Shown: positions 49,796 to 52,981 of the stretch, piece by piece
Layout of the letters: each line of letters begins with the position of its first letter
Position numbering within the stretch: position 1 is the first letter of the stretch
NCBI GenBank assembly: GCA_002747875.1
Contig: PDQT01000295.1
Coordinates: 1 to 52,981 of the forward strand
Reading direction: 5' to 3'
DNA from: a bacterium DOLZORAL124_64_63
GTDB taxonomy: Bacteria; Krumholzibacteriota; Krumholzibacteriia; LZORAL124-64-63
Length of the DNA: 52,981 nucleotides
Translations under genes and position numbers: made by a program
Notes under the pieces: generated by a model
Told to the model about the DNA's origin: nothing
The model's database searches: none
The model's input: the letters and a program-made list of their open reading frames with translations, nothing else

Positions 49796-50875
49796 TTACC
49801 TCACCGCCTTGTCGCCCTCGGCCAGGGGGGCCTCCGAGGTGAGAACCAGGGTCTCGTCACCCTGCAGGCCGGAAAGGACTTCCACGCGATCGTCCAGCTC
49901 ATGGCCCGGACGGATCCAGCGCAGGTGCACGATGTCGTGGCTGTCCACGGTCCACACGCCCGTCAGCTGGCCGCGCTGGACGAGGGCCGCGCGCGGGACG
50001 GTGATGGCTTCGCGGGTGCCCACGGGCACGGTGACGCGGGCGAACATGCCGCTCTTGAGCCGGCCGTCGGTGTTGGGGATGAAGGCCTCGATGTCGTAGG
50101 TCCGGCTGCCGGGGTTGGCGGACTGGATCACGCGGTCCAGGGGCACGCGGAAGGTGGCGCCGTCCAGGCTGGTGATCTGCACCTGCACCATGTCGCCGGC
50201 TTGGACCCGGGAGATGTCCTTCTCGCCCAGATAGGCCACGACCTTCATGCGGCCGGCATCCTCCAGGGTGATCAGGGGCATGCCGGGGTTGGCCATGTCG
50301 CCCTCTTCAACCATCTTGCGGGCCACGACGCCGCTGACCGGGGCCACGATGTCCAGATAGCTGAGGTGCACGTTCACTTCGCGCAGGCCGGCCTCGGCCA
50401 TCTTTACGCCGGCGGCGGCGCGGTCGCGGCCGGTCAGCACGTCGTCCAGCTGCTGCTTGGAGACGCTTTTCTCCGCGTAAAGGCGCTGGAAGCGCTCGGC
50501 CATGCGCTCGGCGTTGGCCAAGACGGCCTTGGCCTCGACGATGCCCGCCTCGGCCTGGGCCTTCTTGGCCTTCAGGTCGCTGGCGTCGATGCTCAGCAGG
50601 GGGTCGCCCTTCTGCACGGCCTGCCCCTCGGTTACGGAGATCTTGCGCACCCAGCCCATCATGCGGGTGGAGACCATGACGCTTTTGTCGGCCTCCAGGC
50701 CGCCGGTCGCCTGGACGGTGCGGGGCACGCTCTCCAGTCGGGCGACGGTGGTCCGCACCTTCACGTCCCGGGGCTGGGCCTGGTTGGTTTCGGAAGTGGA
50801 GCCGCCGCAGCCGGCCAGCAGGGCCAACAGGGCCACGGCCGGCAGCAGGGTCTTGACAAGTTTCTTGAAAGCCAT
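49796..50875 (-). CDS. RND periplasmic adaptor (membrane fusion protein), lipoprotein
   Basis: Lipobox LLAGCGG. Coiled-coil hairpin region and the VSGVVARKMVEEGDM lipoyl-like motif. Its stop abuts the RND start. Confidence 0.8.
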   Translation of the reverse strand: MAFKKLVKTLLPAVALLALLAGCGGSTSETNQAQPRDVKVRTTVARLESVPRTVQATGGLEADKSVMVSTRMMGWVRKISVTEGQAVQKGDPLLSIDASDLKAKKAQAEAGIVEAKAVLANAERMAERFQRLYAEKSVSKQQLDDVLTGRDRAAAGVKMAEAGLREVNVHLSYLDIVAPVSGVVARKMVEEGDMANPGMPLITLEDAGRMKVVAYLGEKDISRVQAGDMVQVQITSLDGATFRVPLDRVIQSANPGSRTYDIEAFIPNTDGRLKSGMFARVTVPVGTREAITVPRAALVQRGQLTGVWTVDSHDIVHLRWIRPGHELDDRVEVLSGLQGDETLVLTSEAPLAEGDKAVR

Positions 50876-50892
50876 GACTGGCGTCCTCCTGA

Positions 50893-52981
50893 TCACTGAC
50901 CCGGCTGGGTCGGGTTATCGGCTTGAGTGGTGACGGCGACGATGGGCGCGCCGTTGAATTCCAGGTCGGCCAGGCCCACGCGGAAATCGTGCAGGGCCTG
51001 AACCAGGTTGCCTTCGGCCTGGGTGGCGTAGGCCTGGGTGTCCAGCAGGTCCACCATGCCGGCCAGGCCTTCACGGTACTGGTTGGTCACGATCTTCAGA
51101 CCGGCGCGCGCGGCCTGCACGGCCTCGCGGGCCACCAGGACCTTCTCGTGGGCGGCCTGCAGGTTCAGCCAGGCGTCGGTGGCCTGGACACGGGCCTGGC
51201 GGGTTTCGAAATCCGCCATGTAGCGGGCGGCGCGGCTCTGGGCCTTGGCCTTCTTCAGCTCGCCCAGGTTCTGCACCCCGAAGCCCATTGTCGCGTAGAC
51301 GCCCAGGGTCCAGCTGTCGGCGTTGGTGCCGAAGGGGCTGTCCAGGTCGTACCAGTCTTTCTGCAGGCTCAGGTTCAGGTGGGGCAGCATGCCGCCGCGG
51401 GCCACGCCCACCATCTTGCCGGCGGCCTCGGCCTCGTGCCGGCGGGCCAGGATGTCGCTGCGCCGGGTCACGGCGGTGACGTCGAAGAAAGCGGGCATCT
51501 CCACCGGGATGGAGAGGGCGGCGGCGGCTTCGTCGAAGTCGCTGGCCAGGGGCAGGGGCGTGTCGATGGCCGTCAGCAGTTTGATGTTCTCGCCGGCCAC
51601 CCGGACCATGTTCTTCACCTCGATCAATTTCTGCTGCAAGGTGCTGAGATAGACCCGGGCCTGGAGCAGATCCGCCTCGGTGGCCATTTCGTTTTCCACC
51701 AGGGAGCGGGCCTGCCGCACGTGCCCTTCGGCGGACCTGACGGCCGCTTCCATCACCCGGGTGTAGGCGGTGGCCAGGGTCAGGCCTTCGTAGGCCTGGA
51801 TGGCGTGGAAGCGGATGGTCTCCGTGGCGCGGGCGTGCTTGTAGCCGGCGGCCTCATGGGCGGCGTTGGCGGCCTGCTTGCCCAGCCAGGCGTCGGTGGC
51901 CTGGACACGGGCCTGGCGGGTTTCGAAATCCGCCATGTAGCGGGCGGCGCGGCTCTGGGCCTTGGCCTTCTTCAGCTCGCCCAGGTTCTGCACCCCGAAG
52001 CCCATTGTCGCGTAGACGCCCAGGGTCCAGCTGTCGGCGTTGGTGCCGAAGGGGCTGTCCAGGTCGTACCAGTCTTTCTGCAGGCTCAGGTTCAGGTGGG
52101 GCAGCATGCCGCCGCGGGCCACGCCCACCATCTTGCCGGCGGCCTCGGCCTCGTGCCGGCGGGCCAGGATGTCGCTGCGCCGGGTCACGGCGGTGACGTC
52201 GAAGAAAGCGGGCATCTCCACCGGGATGGAGAGGGCGGCGGCGGCTTCGTCGAAGTCGCTGGCCAGGGGCAGGGGCGTGTCGATGGCCGTCAGCAGTTTG
52301 ATGTTCTCGCCGGCCACCCGGACCATGTTCTTCACCTCGATCAATTTCTGCTGCAAGGTGCTGAGATAGACCCGGGCCTGGAGCAGATCCGCCTCGGTGG
52401 CCATTTCGTTTTCCACCAGGGAGCGGGCCTGCCGCACGTGCCCTTCGGCGGACCTGACGGCCGCTTCCATCACCCGGGTGTAGGCGGTGGCCAGGGTCAG
52501 GCCTTCGTAGGCCTGGATGGCGTGGAAGCGGATGGTCTCCGTGGCGCGGGCGTGCTTGTAGCCGGCGGCCTCATGGGCGGCGTTGGCGGCCTGCTTGCCG
52601 TAAAAACCCATGCCGCCGTTGAAAATGGGCTGCAGCAACTGGATACGGGTGATGAAGTTGTTGGTCTCGCCCGGGTCGTTGATGTTGGCGGGAATCCATT
52701 GGATACCCGACGGCCCCAGGCCCATGCCGAAGTCCAGCGGTGTCACGCCCCGGTTCTGCAGCTTGAAACCGAAGCTGGAGAGGGCGTCGTCCGAGCGCAT
52801 GAAGTACTCGCCCAACTGCAACTGGGGCAAGAAACCGCGCCAGGCGCCCAGGGCGTCGGCGGCGGCCGCATCCTTCATGGCGCCACTGGCGGCCAGCATC
52901 TCGTTGTGGGCCAAGGCCGCGGCGATGACCTTCTGACGGTCCACCACCACCTGCCCATCCCGGATGGTGCCGAGGCGTTCT
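50893..52981 (-). CDS. TolC-family outer-membrane efflux protein; N-terminus off the window; carries a 717-bp internal duplication
   Basis: LAHNEMLAASGAMKDAAAADALGAWRGFLPQLQL, QAYEGLTLATAYTRV, EADLLQARVYL and YREGLAGMVDLLDTQ are TolC/OprM-type patterns. The frame stays open upstream of the track's GTG at 52950 to the window end. Confidence 0.8.
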   Translation of the reverse strand, partial: ERLGTIRDGQVVVDRQKVIAAALAHNEMLAASGAMKDAAAADALGAWRGFLPQLQLGEYFMRSDDALSSFGFKLQNRGVTPLDFGMGLGPSGIQWIPANINDPGETNNFITRIQLLQPIFNGGMGFYGKQAANAAHEAAGYKHARATETIRFHAIQAYEGLTLATAYTRVMEAAVRSAEGHVRQARSLVENEMATEADLLQARVYLSTLQQKLIEVKNMVRVAGENIKLLTAIDTPLPLASDFDEAAAALSIPVEMPAFFDVTAVTRRSDILARRHEAEAAGKMVGVARGGMLPHLNLSLQKDWYDLDSPFGTNADSWTLGVYATMGFGVQNLGELKKAKAQSRAARYMADFETRQARVQATDAWLGKQAANAAHEAAGYKHARATETIRFHAIQAYEGLTLATAYTRVMEAAVRSAEGHVRQARSLVENEMATEADLLQARVYLSTLQQKLIEVKNMVRVAGENIKLLTAIDTPLPLASDFDEAAAALSIPVEMPAFFDVTAVTRRSDILARRHEAEAAGKMVGVARGGMLPHLNLSLQKDWYDLDSPFGTNADSWTLGVYATMGFGVQNLGELKKAKAQSRAARYMADFETRQARVQATDAWLNLQAAHEKVLVAREAVQAARAGLKIVTNQYREGLAGMVDLLDTQAYATQAEGNLVQALHDFRVGLADLEFNGAPIVAVTTQADNPTQPGQ
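51166..52599. repeat. perfect tandem direct duplication, 2 x 717 bp (51166-51882 and 51883-52599), in frame within tolC
   Basis: Track ORFs 51288-51479 / 52005-52196 and 51323-51652 / 52040-52369 are identical pairs offset by 717. The TolC translation repeats a 239-aa block exactly. I located the junction by comparing flanks (aggtt|cagccagg versus cttgcc|cagccagg; cttgcc|gtaaaa). Confidence 0.9.

Noticed and set aside
46415-50899. 1494-aa plus-strand ORF spanning the RND and MFP genes
   Set aside because: It lies opposite clear RND and adaptor coding frames. The composition (G/H/D/A/Q runs) is non-protein-like.
50893-52981. Considered whether the tolC duplication is just the normal internal two-fold repeat of TolC
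   Set aside because: The natural TolC halves are highly diverged. Here the two 717-bp units are identical at the nucleotide level, and the remaining sequence already contains both halves.

Overview
This is a GC-rich bacterial chromosome segment with about 37 supportable protein genes and no rRNA, tRNA or CRISPR that I could find. A T9SS-style C-terminal sorting domain and a fused ccoN-ccoO suggest an FCB-superphylum-type organism; this is inference. Gene content, left to right:
- pheA (partial) and tyrA, split by an HNH-endonuclease gene, then a PrpE-like acyl-CoA synthetase.
- A DtxR-linked locus with a TonB-dependent receptor, secreted proteins, an ExbB-like and an ExbD/DUF2149-like protein, and a 1652-aa CobN/HmuS-like chelatase. 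This resembles the hmu heme locus of Bacteroidota.
- A low-GC islet with a PKD-domain ORF, then an ECF sigma factor convergent with a Ser/Thr kinase.
- A 1032-aa Fe-S nuclease plus SF1 helicase fusion, then a second, inverted HNH copy.
- Inorganic pyrophosphatase, then a two-domain GT2 glycosyltransferase.
- An operon of three alkaline-phosphatase-superfamily paralogs with a small RHH protein and a membrane protein.
- A cbb3 oxidase cluster (ccoI-S-NO-Q-P, ccoG), then a thioredoxin-TPR protein.
- A TolC-MFP-RND efflux operon (TolC partial).
Most notable observations:
- Four tandem Cys/His-rich 64-69-aa modules are inserted in the CobN-like protein.
- About 1.25-kb inverted HNH repeats bracket 23 kb and carry a recurring perfect palindrome.
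- A perfect in-frame 717-bp tandem duplication lies inside tolC.
- Secreted ORFs share a C-terminal W-x-x-[IV]-K-x-x-Y-R tail.
- The triple AP-family operon has no obvious assigned pathway.
Many long ORFs in the track are antisense shadows typical of high-GC DNA and were rejected. All family calls come from motif recognition by eye; no searches were run.
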